The notes under the pieces: model-generated
Seen by the model: the letters and a program-made list of their open reading frames with translations, nothing else
Told to the model about the DNA's origin: nothing
Database searches by the model: none
In this document: piece after piece, positions 36,925 to 49,693 of the stretch
Layout of the letters: every line of letters starts with the position of its first letter
Numbering within the stretch: position 1 is the first letter of the stretch
Position numbers and translations under genes: made by a program
Assembly: GCA_001724265.1 (NCBI GenBank)
Contig: MEDY01000013.1
Span: 62,001-126,000, forward strand
Source of the DNA: Rhizaria sp. SCN 62-66
Lineage: Eukaryota
DNA length: 64,000 nt
Direction: 5' to 3'

Positions 36925-39870
36925 TCACTTCTTCCCCCCCGAACCGGTCGTCTTCTTAGTGTCATCATTGGACTTGGCAGCAGCACTCGCACTGGTACCA
37001 GTCTTTTTACTCTTTACAGTAACGCTATCTGACGAGGCCGATGTCTCAGCAACCTTCTTCTTCTGCTCGCGCTTATGCAGAAACAGCGCATCCGTGGTCT
37101 CCACCCGCACCGGGCTCCGCACGGTCACTTCAACCCCACCCACACACAGAGCCAGAGAGAGATGTTCAGGAGCAGTCTTCACACCGCTCTCCCCAGTCTC
37201 CGCACCCGCCGTTACAACCGCTAAACTACTGGTGCATTGCGCAACGCGGCTCACGGTCACGGCACCCGCCACCGCGTCCACCGCCGTCCCCGCCATCCCG
37301 CCCACTCGCCCAGCGGCCGCGACCGCAGCCAACGCCGCCTTCTCCGCCGCTACCGCTAAACGCCCCACAACACCTGTAACGCCACCGGTGCGACCAGTGC
37401 TGGCGTCGGCTGTGACGGCTGAGAGAGCAGGACTCGCGCGCGCAAGGAGACGCTGACGCACCGTCTCGGCGACAAGAGAAGCTTCGGCGGCCCATTTGGC
37501 GGCACGAGGACCGCGCAACGGTGAAATGCGACTGAAAATACCAGTGGGACGGGAAACGCCAGTGTTACTGCCCTTGCTACCGCTCTCATCACCGGCAGTG
37601 AAGCCGGGGATCACGGACCAGGAAAACTCGGAAATAAGCCACTGGAGAGAACCGTTCTCTGCAGTTGCCATATCAGTCACCGCGAAGCCCTCTGTCTTCA
37701 AATAACGGACTGAAAACTTGTGAATGTTGTTATCTTCACCGGAGCGAGGCGAAGTGAGCTGACCAAAACGCGACGCGCCAGTAGTGCACGCCAAGTTGTC
37801 CAAGTGCGTGATTACAGTCGCCGCCTCCTCACTCTGCCCCTGACTCTGGCGTTGACTGTCATGCGCGTTTTCGATCGCGTTGTTGAGTGCGACCAAAGCG
37901 TGTCCACCCGGATAGTTGCGCACAGACGCCATCCACGTCGCCCCCGTGACCGCAACGCATGCGCTGAGGGCCAGCGCAGCGACCGACAGGCCCACAGTCG
38001 CCATGAGCGCTCGGCGGCAACGAGAGACTGTCCGGCGCACACATCCAACCGACGCGCCCACGGTCGCACTGCTGCTCACACTCGCCCTGCTGCTCACGGT
38101 CGCATTCTTCACGGTCGCGCTGACGGTTGAGTGCATTGGTGACGCTGCGAGCGCAGCAGCGGCAACTGTGGCGGCACCGAGGGCAGCGAGAGTGTAGAGC
38201 AATGGCACGGCAGGAAACAGAAAGCGCAGCTCCTTATGTGGCAAGAATGAAAACAGCGCAATAAAAGCAACAATCGGAGCTAAAAGTGTGCGCGCATCAG
38301 CAGCAGCTGAGCGCTGCATCGCTTCCTCATCTTCTTCAGGAATAGCTTCACTTACATGTGTGTAAGTACCCCTTACACCCTTGCGCGCGCACAGAGGAAT
38401 GCGGAAGAGAGCAGCGATCGTCGGCACAGGGATGACAGAAAGCACTACCGCGGGGGCCCACGCGAGCAGAAGACGTGGCAGCGCTGAAGTGCCGTACCAG
38501 TGCCAAGGTGAAGTGCCCCAGAGGTGAGACTTGTTGTCGACGGTGTTATAAAGCAGAACTCGGAGTTCTGGCCACATTAGCGGTTCACGCCACAGAGCGG
38601 AGTCAATTGCGAGTGTGGCCGAAATGCACACGACGCTTGATACAATACCACCACGCAAGACAGAGAGTACAGGCAGAGACAGTGAGCCCCCATGAGAAGC
38701 GTTTGATTTGTTATCGCGTGATTTGTCGGATTTGTCGGCTTTGTTGTTGCCATTCTCGCGATTGAGGAGACTGCGCGCAAACCCGATCAGAATCCACGGC
38801 CCTGCGAGGATGATAACATCACAGCGGAATATAATAACAGCGGCCGCTAGCGCAGCAACGCAGAATGCAGGTTTTGAGCTAAGCCACGCTGCGAGCGCGA
38901 GCGTCGTTAGCTGCAGTGCAAAGATGTTCGCTAAGGGGCGCGACGCGTAATAAGCGAAGTGGAACAAAGTCAACGGCACAAGCGCAAGCAAGCTCGACGG
39001 CCGCAGTAGCGCGGGAAGCGCGGGGAACGCCGTGTCAAAACGTTGGCGAACAGCGCGGCGCAAGAACGCCCAGCAAGTGACCGTGATCGCGGCGAGGACG
39101 AGACGCGCGCATAGCAGTAACCATAGTGAGTCACCGCGAACTGCGGGTAACACCAAACCCGCGGTCACGGAGACGCTGGGAAGGGATGCAAGTGAGGCGG
39201 CAGCGGCGGCTGGGTTCGGGGAGGAGAGGACGGATGAGAGCATGGTGGAGAACGAAGGGGGCAGAAAGGTTGCTGAGTTAACCACAGCCGATACCTTAGC
39301 CGTCCAGGCGGGAAAAAGCGCGACCAGAGGCGCAGGGGTAGGTGGAAGAGAGAAAAATAGCACGCGTGCGCCGAGAAATGGCTCGGAGTCCCAGACAGCA
39401 GCAAGTGCAGATGCAAGAGTAGGTGCCAGAGCAGGAGCGAAAGCGTTGATCGTCGATGTACAAGCAATCAACGCGGGGATCAGCAAGGGCATCACAAAGA
39501 CCCAGAACGCCCATGCAAGGCGGTGCAGCACAAATGTTGGCACAGCGAGCATCAGCGGTCCGATGAAAGAGCGCGGGACAACACCGGGGAATTCGTGGTG
39601 GTCGTAATGAGACAGGTCAGCCCCATGGACGAGCAAGTCGTGTGTGGCCTGGACCTGGAAACTCTCTTCAACTTTCGTAAACGGGCATGTGAGCATGTAC
39701 AAGCCTGCCAGGATAAAGAAAATGACGTCAGGCAAGCCCCAGAGACAAACACGAGAGAAACAAGAACGAGAACGGGGGCCGGGACCGTGGGCGCTGGATG
39801 CTGACGCACCAGCAACAACAGGCTTGGCCATACCGATTCTAAACGCGCGCGAAGCAAGTGAAATACGCAT
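36925..39870 (-). CDS. ALG12: Dol-P-Man:Man7GlcNAc2-PP-Dol alpha-1,6-mannosyltransferase (GT22)
   Basis: CPFTKVEESF..QATHD, YDHHEFPGVVPRSFIGP, YYASRPLANIFAL, IFRCD, WGTSPWHWY, LPHKELRF, NYPGGHAL and TGASRFGQ, with many TM segments. Intronless, stop TGA. Confidence 0.93.
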   Translation of the reverse strand: MRISLASRAFRIGMAKPVVAGASASSAHGPGPRSRSCFSRVCLWGLPDVIFFILAGLYMLTCPFTKVEESFQVQATHDLLVHGADLSHYDHHEFPGVVPRSFIGPLMLAVPTFVLHRLAWAFWVFVMPLLIPALIACTSTINAFAPALAPTLASALAAVWDSEPFLGARVLFFSLPPTPAPLVALFPAWTAKVSAVVNSATFLPPSFSTMLSSVLSSPNPAAAAASLASLPSVSVTAGLVLPAVRGDSLWLLLCARLVLAAITVTCWAFLRRAVRQRFDTAFPALPALLRPSSLLALVPLTLFHFAYYASRPLANIFALQLTTLALAAWLSSKPAFCVAALAAAVIIFRCDVIILAGPWILIGFARSLLNRENGNNKADKSDKSRDNKSNASHGGSLSLPVLSVLRGGIVSSVVCISATLAIDSALWREPLMWPELRVLLYNTVDNKSHLWGTSPWHWYGTSALPRLLLAWAPAVVLSVIPVPTIAALFRIPLCARKGVRGTYTHVSEAIPEEDEEAMQRSAAADARTLLAPIVAFIALFSFLPHKELRFLFPAVPLLYTLAALGAATVAAAALAASPMHSTVSATVKNATVSSRASVSSSATVGASVGCVRRTVSRCRRALMATVGLSVAALALSACVAVTGATWMASVRNYPGGHALVALNNAIENAHDSQRQSQGQSEEAATVITHLDNLACTTGASRFGQLTSPRSGEDNNIHKFSVRYLKTEGFAVTDMATAENGSLQWLISEFSWSVIPGFTAGDESGSKGSNTGVSRPTGIFSRISPLRGPRAAKWAAEASLVAETVRQRLLARASPALSAVTADASTGRTGGVTGVVGRLAVAAEKAALAAVAAAGRVGGMAGTAVDAVAGAVTVSRVAQCTSSLAVVTAGAETGESGVKTAPEHLSLALCVGGVEVTVRSPVRVETTDALFLHKREQKKKVAETSASSDSVTVKSKKTGTSASAAAKSNDDTKKTTGSGGKK

Positions 39871-40156
39871 TCCAGCAAGATTTAGTTTTTCGAAATAAAT
39901 AGATTGATATTATAATAGTTTTATTTTAAGGTGGCCTGGCAGTTGACGTTCATTCCATCGCGAAAATTAGCATGCAGATTCCTATCAAAGAAGATAGCAA
40001 TCACGCCTTTGGCCTCGTCCACTTAGGCCACGAATGACAAAGCAAGCTATAGCTCATCAAGACAATAGCTTACGACTATATAGTCAAAGATACAAATACA
40101 TAATGCTGTTTTACAGACTAAAACCCCGATTTAATCTCTAGTACCGACTATTATTC

Positions 40157-43100
40157 TCACATTTCATCGGAGACGACGGCGATGGGCGAGTACCGCGCAT
40201 CCGAGCCCCACTTGAGCCCGACAATCACACCGGCACCAAACAGAATCAGTCCCATGCCCAAAAACAGCACAAAGAATCCACCGGGCGTGTTGTACCACGC
40301 CACGCCAGCGTCTGCGTTCACACCTTTCCCCTTGCTTTTATCCATAGCAGCAACATTGCCACCTCCACTAGTGTTCGAAGCATTAAGAGCATCAGACTCG
40401 GCAAAAACGCCTGGCGACTGCATCGCGGGCTCAGCCGGCCAGTCACACTGATCGCCAACGCCGTCCCAGTGCTCTCGGTCCCGGTCCACCGCGCTTGCAG
40501 CGTCACCGGGGTGTTGCCGCCACCACCGCACCGCTCGGAGCCACCATGACGGGTAAAAGAGCGCTGACGCGTCAAACTCCGGTCCTGCGGGCGTCTCAAG
40601 CCGATATCCGTCGTGGTACTTGGTGATAACGCGCCAAAACAGCGCCCAGTACGCCGCAAACGCGCGCTTGGCCGCCATCTCACTGTGCGCCTGCAGAATC
40701 ACACTGGCGAAGTGGGCCGCCTCGGTGCGAGATCGAGCACGGCGCACAGTCGCCAATGCTCGGCTCAACGCCGCAGCGCTGTGGGCTGTCGCAGAGGCCA
40801 CGCGATCGGGGTCGGCCTCGGCGGTGGTGACAAGAGCGGCGGCGGCGGCGGCGACAGCAGCCTTGACCTCATCGATGGTCTCCTTGTCGCCATCGCCGTT
40901 AACGTTTGCGTTGGTATTGGCGTTGGGGTTTGCTTGCCAGTTGCTAGGACCGTCCACTGGAGCAGCCGCGACCGCCGCATGCAACGCCGTGGCCACAGCC
41001 TCGACCTCCGCGTCCGCGGTTGCCTCAAGTTCCATGCGCGTGACATCAATCTCGCGAGTCACGTGCTTCCACGCGCGTTCTGCGTAGTTACCCACGGCAC
41101 AAGCGACCCACCACAGCGAAGACTGGTCGAACCGGAACAGCGAACCCGTGGTCAGCGGCGCCGGCACTGGCCCCGGCGCCGCGGGGTAGAGCGGGACGAA
41201 GACGGACGTGCGGGGCTGATGCGGGGCCACCCAAGTGCGGAACAGTGCGGGCGCGAGCGTACTACTGGCACTTGCACTGGCGCTGGCGCTGGCACTGGCG
41301 GCGCTGGCAAAGTGGCCCTGAATCGGCATCGAACGCATTTCAGAGATCACGGTGTACGCAGTGCGGAAAAGCGAGATCGTGCGCTCAAAGTGGCCCGTTG
41401 CAAGCTCTTCCTCAGTCAGAGGCTCACCGTCACTCCGGTCTAAGTTATCCACATCGCCCTCAGCAGCCTGCGTGGCCAATACAGCGCGGGTGAACGCGGT
41501 GTCGCTGGAAGTTAAGCCGGGGGCAATGGGCGCCTGCGTGGCGTCGCGAGGCGCGGTTTCAGTCCAGAAGAACTCGGTTGCGCTCGTCCGCAGTCCCGGG
41601 GTGTTGGCGGAAGTGTAAGCAGTTGAACCGGAAGCGTACACAGAAGCAGTGCTCAGGCTCGCTCCAGGAGGCGCATCGACCGCGTTTGCGCTCGAACCAA
41701 CAGCAGAACTCACAAGTGAGCTCAACGCAGAGCTGGAAGTGAAGCTCGTAGGGTTAACTGCGGGGGTACTCGTGCTAGAGCTCGTGCTAGTTGTCATGCG
41801 TTCGCGGTTGCGCCGGCGTTTGAGCTCAGCGGCAAGCGGTGTCGCACCATACGCATCATACCGGTTCGGGTTACCAAAGGGGCCGGCTGCAAGACCCGTT
41901 GTCGTGTCATAAGGAGTGCCTTCGAAGTGGTCACGGTGCACAGCGCGCAGATCAGCGACTGTGACCGGGCGGTCAGGCTTGACCGAGAAAGGCAGTTCCC
42001 AGGAGGACAGCGACGCTGAGAGGTTAAGCGAGGGCGCTAAGAGAGAGAAAACACGCCACGTGCGGCGCGACACGTAGGGCTCCTTGTAGATCGACTGTGG
42101 GTAGCCGTAATGTTTCTTCCAGTCTAAGGGGCCGTCTAAGGGTCCTTCGCCCGTGACATTACCCGACCACAGCCCGGCGCGCTTCGCCACCGTAAAGATG
42201 TTCTCACTGGCCATCCACCACTCACCGTCGCGCGTCTCGGGCGGCGGGACGCGGCGAATGCGGAACGTGTTCGTCAGCACAGTCACGTGGTCGTCTGGTA
42301 CGCGCTGTGCAGCCCAAACGGCGCTGGCGCCTGTGTCGTCAGGGCAGACGTGGAACACCCAGGCTTCCTTGTTATCAGTGATCGTAAACGCCTCGCCGCC
42401 CTCGACAAAATCATCCGGCCCCCATGCCGCGGAAAACATGCCATATCGCTCCGCGAGAGCTCCCAGATTGCGGACGGCTTCGCGGGCTGATCGACTGCGC
42501 TCCAGCGTGATGCGGGTGAGTTCACTGGCTTCGAGCAGGGCACGACCGCCGGCGTAGACGGGGGCGGCGACGAGACGGGCGCCGCAGGTGGACTCGCCGA
42601 TCGCGACGCCGTGCTCGTTGCTGATGCCGTAGGAACCGTCCAGGTAAGCGTACGTGTGCGGGACCTGTGGAAGAAACAACAAAAAGCAAGATTTCACAAC
42701 ATATGTGTTAGCTTGAAAGATTAAATCTCAGAAATGCATTATAAAATAATAAATTAAATAGAAATACACTTGTTTTGCTCGAATCAGAGTTAACATGTGT
42801 GAATGTGATTTGTTTCTCTGTTTTGTTGAGCAAAGTGAACGTGCCTGGGGGATGTGTCCGACGTGGTCGCTCTCAGTCCAAGGATAAATGGTACCGTCAA
42901 CCTTGGCGCGCGAAAACGCGGGTCCGCGGTCATTGCCCACGTAGCGCGGGTACGAGTATCGCATGGGCGGGATGGCGCGCGTCGCATTCGCTCCGTGTGT
43001 CGCTGCAGGAACGCGGAGGATGCGGAAGTCGCAGTCGTAGCAGTCGTCCGCGTGCGTGTTCAGAGTGCCGCCACGCAGTGTGGCGCGCGCGCCAACGGCG

Positions 43101-43213
43101 ATCGCAGTGCAGCGGTCCTCGGCAAGCGCGAGTGGCACGGTTAGGGCTGCGACGGCGAGCGCCAGAGCCAGCGACAGCAGCGAAGCCACTTGGTACGGCC
43201 GACGGGTCGACAT
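40157..43213 (-). CDS. Peptidase family C69 (dipeptidase A/secernin-like Ntn hydrolase) with signal peptide and C-terminal TM helix; exons 43213-42845, 42664-40157
   Basis: Signal peptide followed by CTAIAVG (nucleophile Cys), then YPRYVG, IPQ|VPHTYAY, NEHGVAIGESTC, WAAQRVPDDHV, RDHFEGTPYD and GPFGNPNRY. TM GFFVLFLGMGLILFGAGVIVGL. One GC-AG intron. Stop TGA. Confidence 0.88.
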
Positions 43214-44183
43214 CGCTCTTAAGCGGTCTAGAGCACTGATCTCGTTGTTTATAAAAGAGATGCGGAACTACTAAAATTAATCAAACGTGGATAAGGCGAA
43301 TTCTACATGATAGATGTAAAGGATGTAATTTGGTGAGACTAGGACGTGATTAGTGGTTGGGTCTGGGAGGGGGTGGAGTTGACTGCGACACGTGCTTCTT
43401 TATGAAGCCAACAGAAAGGTGAAATGACACGCTATGCAAGTATAATTAAAGGACCGTTTCAGAACGCACACGGTATATTACAATATCAAACCTATTTCGG
43501 TCTAGTACATATGGGTACGAAGATATGCTCTCAGCAAGGTTGTAGATGACGAGGTTGCCCGGTCGACCGAAAAAAGGTAGCTGGTTGGGCGCTGAGAGAG
43601 TTCAACTCCTCACAAAAGTCAAGATACAACAACCTTCCAAGCGTGAGATAGAGACCGTCTTTTTCTGGAGTCAGAGACTGTGAACCATGGTTTGATTCTT
43701 TGTTTTCTTTCAAGCTACAGGTGCCTACAATCACTCGACATTCCCCGGTTTCTCCGACTACTGATGCTCCCTGGCAACGTTGTGTATCTCACATCAACTA
43801 TGCCCAGTCTACGTAGCTTTCTAACGGATATAGAAACAGCAGTGCGACTCTGACATTATCCATGCTTATCAGATTCTACATTTGTTGCTTATTCTTCTTA
43901 ATTCCTTGATGTTACCCCACAATTTACGCCTTTTCTCCCATCCGGCCCCTTTCTCACCGCTCGCTCTTAACTTCCCCATGCGTTCATCAACCACACACGC
44001 CGACAGTGTTGTTGGGCGTTCTCTGCAGCCTCCAACAAACACCGCCCGCGCTTTTCACACCACAGCGTTGGGTTTTCCTTCCTTCCGTTGTCCGTCGCTC
44101 ACGCCGCGTGACAACTACGACAACAACCACAAAACAAAGCAGTTTCCTTCACGACTTGCTTCGTTGCATTCGTATTGTGCCCA

Positions 44184-47100
44184 ATGATGCCCGCCCTGTC
44201 GTCGCCCGCTGCTCTCCGCGCCTCGCGCGCTACTGCGGCCAGTTTTTTGCTCCTCCGTGCTCTTCTGGCCACTCTCGCACTTTCCGCGTCTCTCCTCGTC
44301 CTCTCGTCATCGTCGTTCTCCCCCATGACTGGTGCTGATGCGGCTGCGCTCTCTGCGCGCGCCACGACTTCTACCTTCGCCTCTGCGGTCGCTTCCCTTG
44401 CGGTCAACAGCTCGGGCGCGTCGGACGTCTCTCTGTCGACCTCTGTGGCACGTGTTGCCCCTTCCAGCGCCAACCCGCAGAGCTTCAACGCTTACTACAC
44501 CGACTCGAACTTAGCCGACATCCAGTGGGCGAACGATAAAGTTCTTTTCATGCTCACGTTTGACTCACGCTGCTACCGTTCCACCAACGGCGGCCGCTCG
44601 TGGGAGGATGAGCAGGCGGATATGAACGCTGTGGGCGTCCGTATCAGGCAGATTCGCATCTCACCGCATGATCCCAAGGCGATCTTCTTCCTCGGTGAGC
44701 ATGGCCACCACATTGCCACTCGGTACGATTATTCGCATATATCTAAGCAAGATCATTGGTCAATTCGCTATATATTTTAGTATTTGTTTTAATACTTCGT
44801 TAATCATGTTGATTTAACATATTGCTTTGATTATCTCACATCTATGCCGCCATATATCATCGCTTTCTCTCTGCTTTGAACTTAACCGAACAGCGATATG
44901 GGTGAGACCTACTACCCCGTCGTCTTCCCCCTCGTCGAGGTCCGCCTCCACCCCACCCAGCACTGGCTTTTGGGCGCTGTGATGACCCCTGGCTGCGGCC
45001 GTGCGGCCCACCCGTCTGACCCGGCTCTGTACCCCGACTACGCCATGCAGCAGCGGGTTCAGGTATGTTGAGATATAATTTAAAATTACACAAATTCGTA
45101 TCTATCCCGCTAAATGTGATGTTAAATTGCGTGATTACTTAATGAAATCATCAGTATTCTTGCGATCGATGTATTAATTAACTTTTGATATCAACACTCA
45201 CAATGTACCAATCTTTGTTGTTGACTTTGATTGCATTACTTAGTCTGCGTGCTTCAAGCAGCTGTTCGTGTCCAAGGATTTCGGCAAGTCATGGAAGCAC
45301 CTCTACGACTACGTTGTGCAGTATGACTGGTCCCCTAAGGGACGCGAGGCTGTCCGTTCTGGCCCCGCGAAGAAGCGTGGTGCCAAGAAGCCGATCGAGG
45401 TCATCTATGCCACGGTCCACACTGTCCGCACTGGCCACCAGGTACGTGTCGATACCGTAACATCTAAGAATGATACCTAAGAACGATACCTCACTCTGTT
45501 TCATCGAATTTTTCTATGATATCATGCATTTCTATTATGTATCTACTTTAGTCAAGTTTTGATTCTGAATCGAGTATTCTTGTGCTCATGTATCACTTGT
45601 TTTGTTTTTGTTTTGTTTTGCTATAGGTGTTTGGCAAGTGGAACCCCAACGTGAACCTTGTTGTCTCGTACGACTTCTTCTCCACCGAACCCGACATCCT
45701 CGTCGTTGGCGGCAACCGCTTCCTTTTTGGCGAGAATAATTATTTCTTCGTCGCCGCCGGTGACGTCGGTCAAACCCCCGATGGCGGCTCCACGGGCACT
45801 GGCAGTGCTAGTTCAGTCCGCCTGTACGTCTCTAAGACCGCGTCGGTTGACAAGGAGGGCTCGTTCCGCCAGGTCATGCTTCCCGTGTCTTTGACGGAGC
45901 ATTCGTACACCATCCTGGACTCGTCTGAGGGCACCGTGTTCCTGCATGTCAACCACAACCCTTTCCACGACAACGCTAAGGCCGGCCACATCTACATTTC
46001 CGACTCGACCGGCACACAGTTCGCGATTGCGTTGGCGTATAACCACCGCGCACAGTCTGGCAAGTGCGATTTCGCCAAGCTTGAAGGGCTGGAGGGTGTG
46101 TTCCTTGCCAATTTCATCGATATGGACGGTGACAACAACGTACGTCTTCACGTCATTCAGAACAAAACACGAAATCATTGAGATTTGACGCAACATATGT
46201 TGATCTAATGATTCAATGTTTCGTTTTAAATAGTGTATCAACGTGTACATCTTTATTTAATAATTCAAGCTCAAAAGTCATTCATATATCTTGTCAAACT
46301 CTTCTTTTTTTGTAGGGTGGCGCGACGTCCGAGGAGGACCGCGACGAGTGGCGCACCCGCGGCACCCGCCTCGCCGCTCCGAAGCGTCTCAACACAGTCA
46401 TTACGTTCAACAAGGGCGCTTTGTGGGAGTACCTCCGTGCCCCTGCGAAGGATGCTGACGGGAACGACTACCACTGCTTGCCTGATAACGGGTGCCACCT
46501 CCATTTGCACGGTGTTACGCAGGGCTTCGGGCCGTTTTACTCTGTTGCATCTGCCACGGGTCTGATCCTTGCGACCGGCACTGTCGGTTCCTACCTCAAC
46601 TCTGTCCCCGGGCTGATCAACACTTATTTCTCCCGCGATGGCGGCTTAACTTGGGAAGAGATTGCCAAAGGCTCGCATATTTATGAGATTGCCGACCACG
46701 GTGGCCTCATCGTCATGGCGACTGACCAGGCCCCGACGATGTACTTGTACTACAGCTGGAACCAAGGTCAGACGTTCCACAAGTACAAATTTACTGATGC
46801 TCCCATTGTTGTTGAGAATATCATCACCGAGCCATCGTCAACCTCGCAACACGTCATTGTCTACGGCTCCGCTGAAGTCATCGGTGCTTCTCAGAAGCAA
46901 CCCCACGCCGGCTCTGGCGTCGGCGTCGTTGTCTACGTGGATTTTTCGGTCCTGCGCACCCGTGCCTGTGAAGGCATCGACGCCGCTGGTTCATCTCACA
47001 GCGACTACGAGCTCTGGTCCCCGAATGACGGCCGCAGCGAGGGCGCGTGCCTCATGGGCCACACCACGACGTACGTGCGCCGCAAGCAGGCCAGCGAGTG

Positions 47101-47947
47101 TTATATCCCGCAAATGGCGCAGAAGCCGCGCCTCGTGGCTAACTGCGCGTGTACAGAGGCCGATTTCGAGTGTGACGCTGGGTACGTGCGTGATGTGACC
47201 ACGAAGCAGTGCGTTCCTGACTTGGACGCCGAGACCGTGATGGTCGACGCCGCCACCGACGCCCGCAAGCGTTGCGAGACGCAGAGTTTCTACCGCGCGA
47301 CCAAGGGTTACCGCCGCGTGCCCGGGAACACGTGCCTCGGCGGCCAGGAGTGGGAAGCACTCGTGGTCCCATGTCCCAGCGGCTGGCTCTCGGCGTCTCA
47401 TTCCCCGGCCGTCGTACTATTGATCGTCTTCATCATCGCATTCGCGGCCATCGTCGTTTTCCGCATGGATTATGCCGACGACCTTATCCGTGCCTTGAAG
47501 GCCCGGTTTAACATCGCGCAGGGCTATTTCAAGGTTGGCGTCCCCGGGTCCGCCCCGGCTAGTATGGCTGAGGACGACGGCGACGGCGACGGCGGGGAGA
47601 CTGACCCGCTTTACCTGGACGAGTCTGAGTTTGAGTCTGTGCGTACGCTCGACGCTAAGGATATCCGCGCTCTCCGTCACGCCGCCGCAGCCGCCGCTAG
47701 TAAAGTCGGTGGCAGCAGCAGTGGCAATAGCAGTCACTTGAACGCGGGCGATCTCTCGCTTGAGAGTGACTCGGATGCTGCACGCGTGTCACGTGTTACC
47801 TCGCAACAGCAGTCACAGGTTCCCGCACAGATGCACCCGGCGCTGGCCGCCAAGGCCAAGGCGCAGGCCCAGGCGCAGGCGCAGGCACTGGCGCTTCAGC
47901 AGCAACGAGGGGGACTGCCGTCGCTGCAGCCGCCGCCCCAGGAGTGA
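44184..47947 (+). CDS. VPS10/sortilin-family sorting receptor; exons 44184-44722, 44894-45063, 45244-45441, 45627-46139, 46316-47947
   Basis: BNR/Asp-box repeats (YRSTNGGRSW, FVSKDFGKSW, YFSRDGGLTW, YSWNQGQTF), CHLHLHG, and a 10CC Cys-rich module (CLMGH..YVRRK, CACTEADFECDAGY, GYRRVPGNTCLGG), followed by a TM helix and acidic tail. Four GT-AG introns in frame. Stop TGA. Confidence 0.92.
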
Positions 47948-48720
47948 AGCGACACACAGTAAAAGTGACAACCTTTAACTGGGATCGTGTGAAAAACCCC
48001 ACACGCCTTATTTGAGGCTTGGGAGAGATTATATTGCTTGCATTTTTCTCTTGGTTTGTGCTTGTGTTTGACGTGTAAGCTGGTTGTTGTTTTTTCATTT
48101 GTTTGAGTTTGTGAACGAACTAGCTATGGGTTGCGACTGACTGGCCAGTTTGTTGCGTTGTTAGCCACATGCGTGGTAATCTTGTTGATGTGAATGCCAA
48201 AGCGATGGCAGCTTAATAAGATTGTCTTAGCTGCATGTAATCTTCACAATTTAATGCGCATACGAGTATAATGAGTAAAATATTGAAGCAACAACAATAC
48301 AGTGTTACTTTTCATCATCTCACTTCGTAAGCATCACATCACATTCAAGAAAGCTTTGTTCAGTCTTGTTACATTCTTTGATGCTGTATTGGTGATTTTA
48401 TTTTTTTAATTCCCAACAGAATAAGGTTTTGATTTATGTCACTGTGTAGTCAATTGATATCCATTATGTAGATATAATAGTGTGCATCTGCTGATGATCG
48501 GATCAGTGGCAGCGAAAGATGTTCATGTGTGTTTTGCGCAAGCAAGCTAAAAGTTAGCCAGCACAGCAAGCAAGTTGAAACAAGTCAGACCCATTCCACA
48601 CATTAGGTCGCGAGAACACGTTCGCTGAGACGAAGTGTTTTGAGTCTCGTCGAAGCCTCGGTGTATCTAAACAAAACGTGCGTACTTAGAGAAGAGATTT
48701 ACAGTTGTTCAACAAGGAAC

Positions 48721-49693
48721 TTACATAGCGTAGCGCTTGGTCCACTGGCGCGCGCGCTCGTCGTGAAGGGCCTTGTCGGACTTGAGCAGCTGCGCAATCT
48801 CCAGCACAAGGGGATCCTCGGGGTTGGGCTCGGTGAGGAGCGAGGAAATCATGAGGAGCATCTTAGGCACAGTGAGAATGGGGGACCACTCGTCCTTGAG
48901 GAACGAGACGCAGATCTGACCATGCTCGTTGATGTTGCAGTGGTAGATCTTGGTCTCAAACTGGATCTTGGGGGCCTTGAACGGGTAGTCGGTGGGGAAG
49001 TTCATGGTGAGGAAGAAGACACCACCGGCGTAAGGGGAGCCAGCGGGGCCGGTGATCATGCAGCGCCACGAGAAGAGGTCGTTGTCGACGGGGCCGGCGG
49101 AGATGTTCTCCGGGGGCTGAACAAGAGAAAAAATGACATGGATGCAAAACGAATAAAATAAAGAGGAGATAAGTATGGGTGAGGTCAAAAGTATTTTAAA
49201 GCGCTGTAGGGTTGAGAGGAAGCACGAGGAGACGAGCTTTCGCATGCAGAATCGGGAAGAAATAAGAAACATATGATAAAAGGCGTCCGCGAAATAAGGA
49301 ATACTAAGAGGCATAAAATAAACGTACGTCACGGGTGATGTCGGTGAGCTCCTGGAATAGGACGAAATGATGGCAAAGAGGGGAATGGTAGAGAGATAGG
49401 TGAGAAGATGGGGAACAGTAGGGCGATGCTAATAGGCCATTATGAGAGGACAAAACCATAACCCGGGGCGCGGATAGCGCACAAAGAAAGGGGAGTGGCG
49501 TGGTCTTAATCATGAATCAAAGGAAATCTCGAGGCAATGGACGGGGAACGCAGACCAACGTGATGACCGAGCAAGCTAGACCACAACTTCGCGAAAAGTC
49601 CAGGTTGTCCACGGAAGGCCAATCAGCCATTAAATCTACTCGGCACGTCAATCGTAATAAAACACGTACCTTCTGAAGACGCTTCAAAGCCAT
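48721..49693 (-). CDS. Ubiquitin-conjugating enzyme E2, UBC4/UBE2D-E-like, 147 aa; exons 49693-49670, 49351-49328, 49116-48721
   Basis: Spliced [25 protein letters not shown]...PYAGGVF...DYPFKAP...[12 protein letters not shown](active Cys)...WSP...EPNPEDPL. Both introns are GTACGT...CAG. Stop TAA. Confidence 0.93.
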
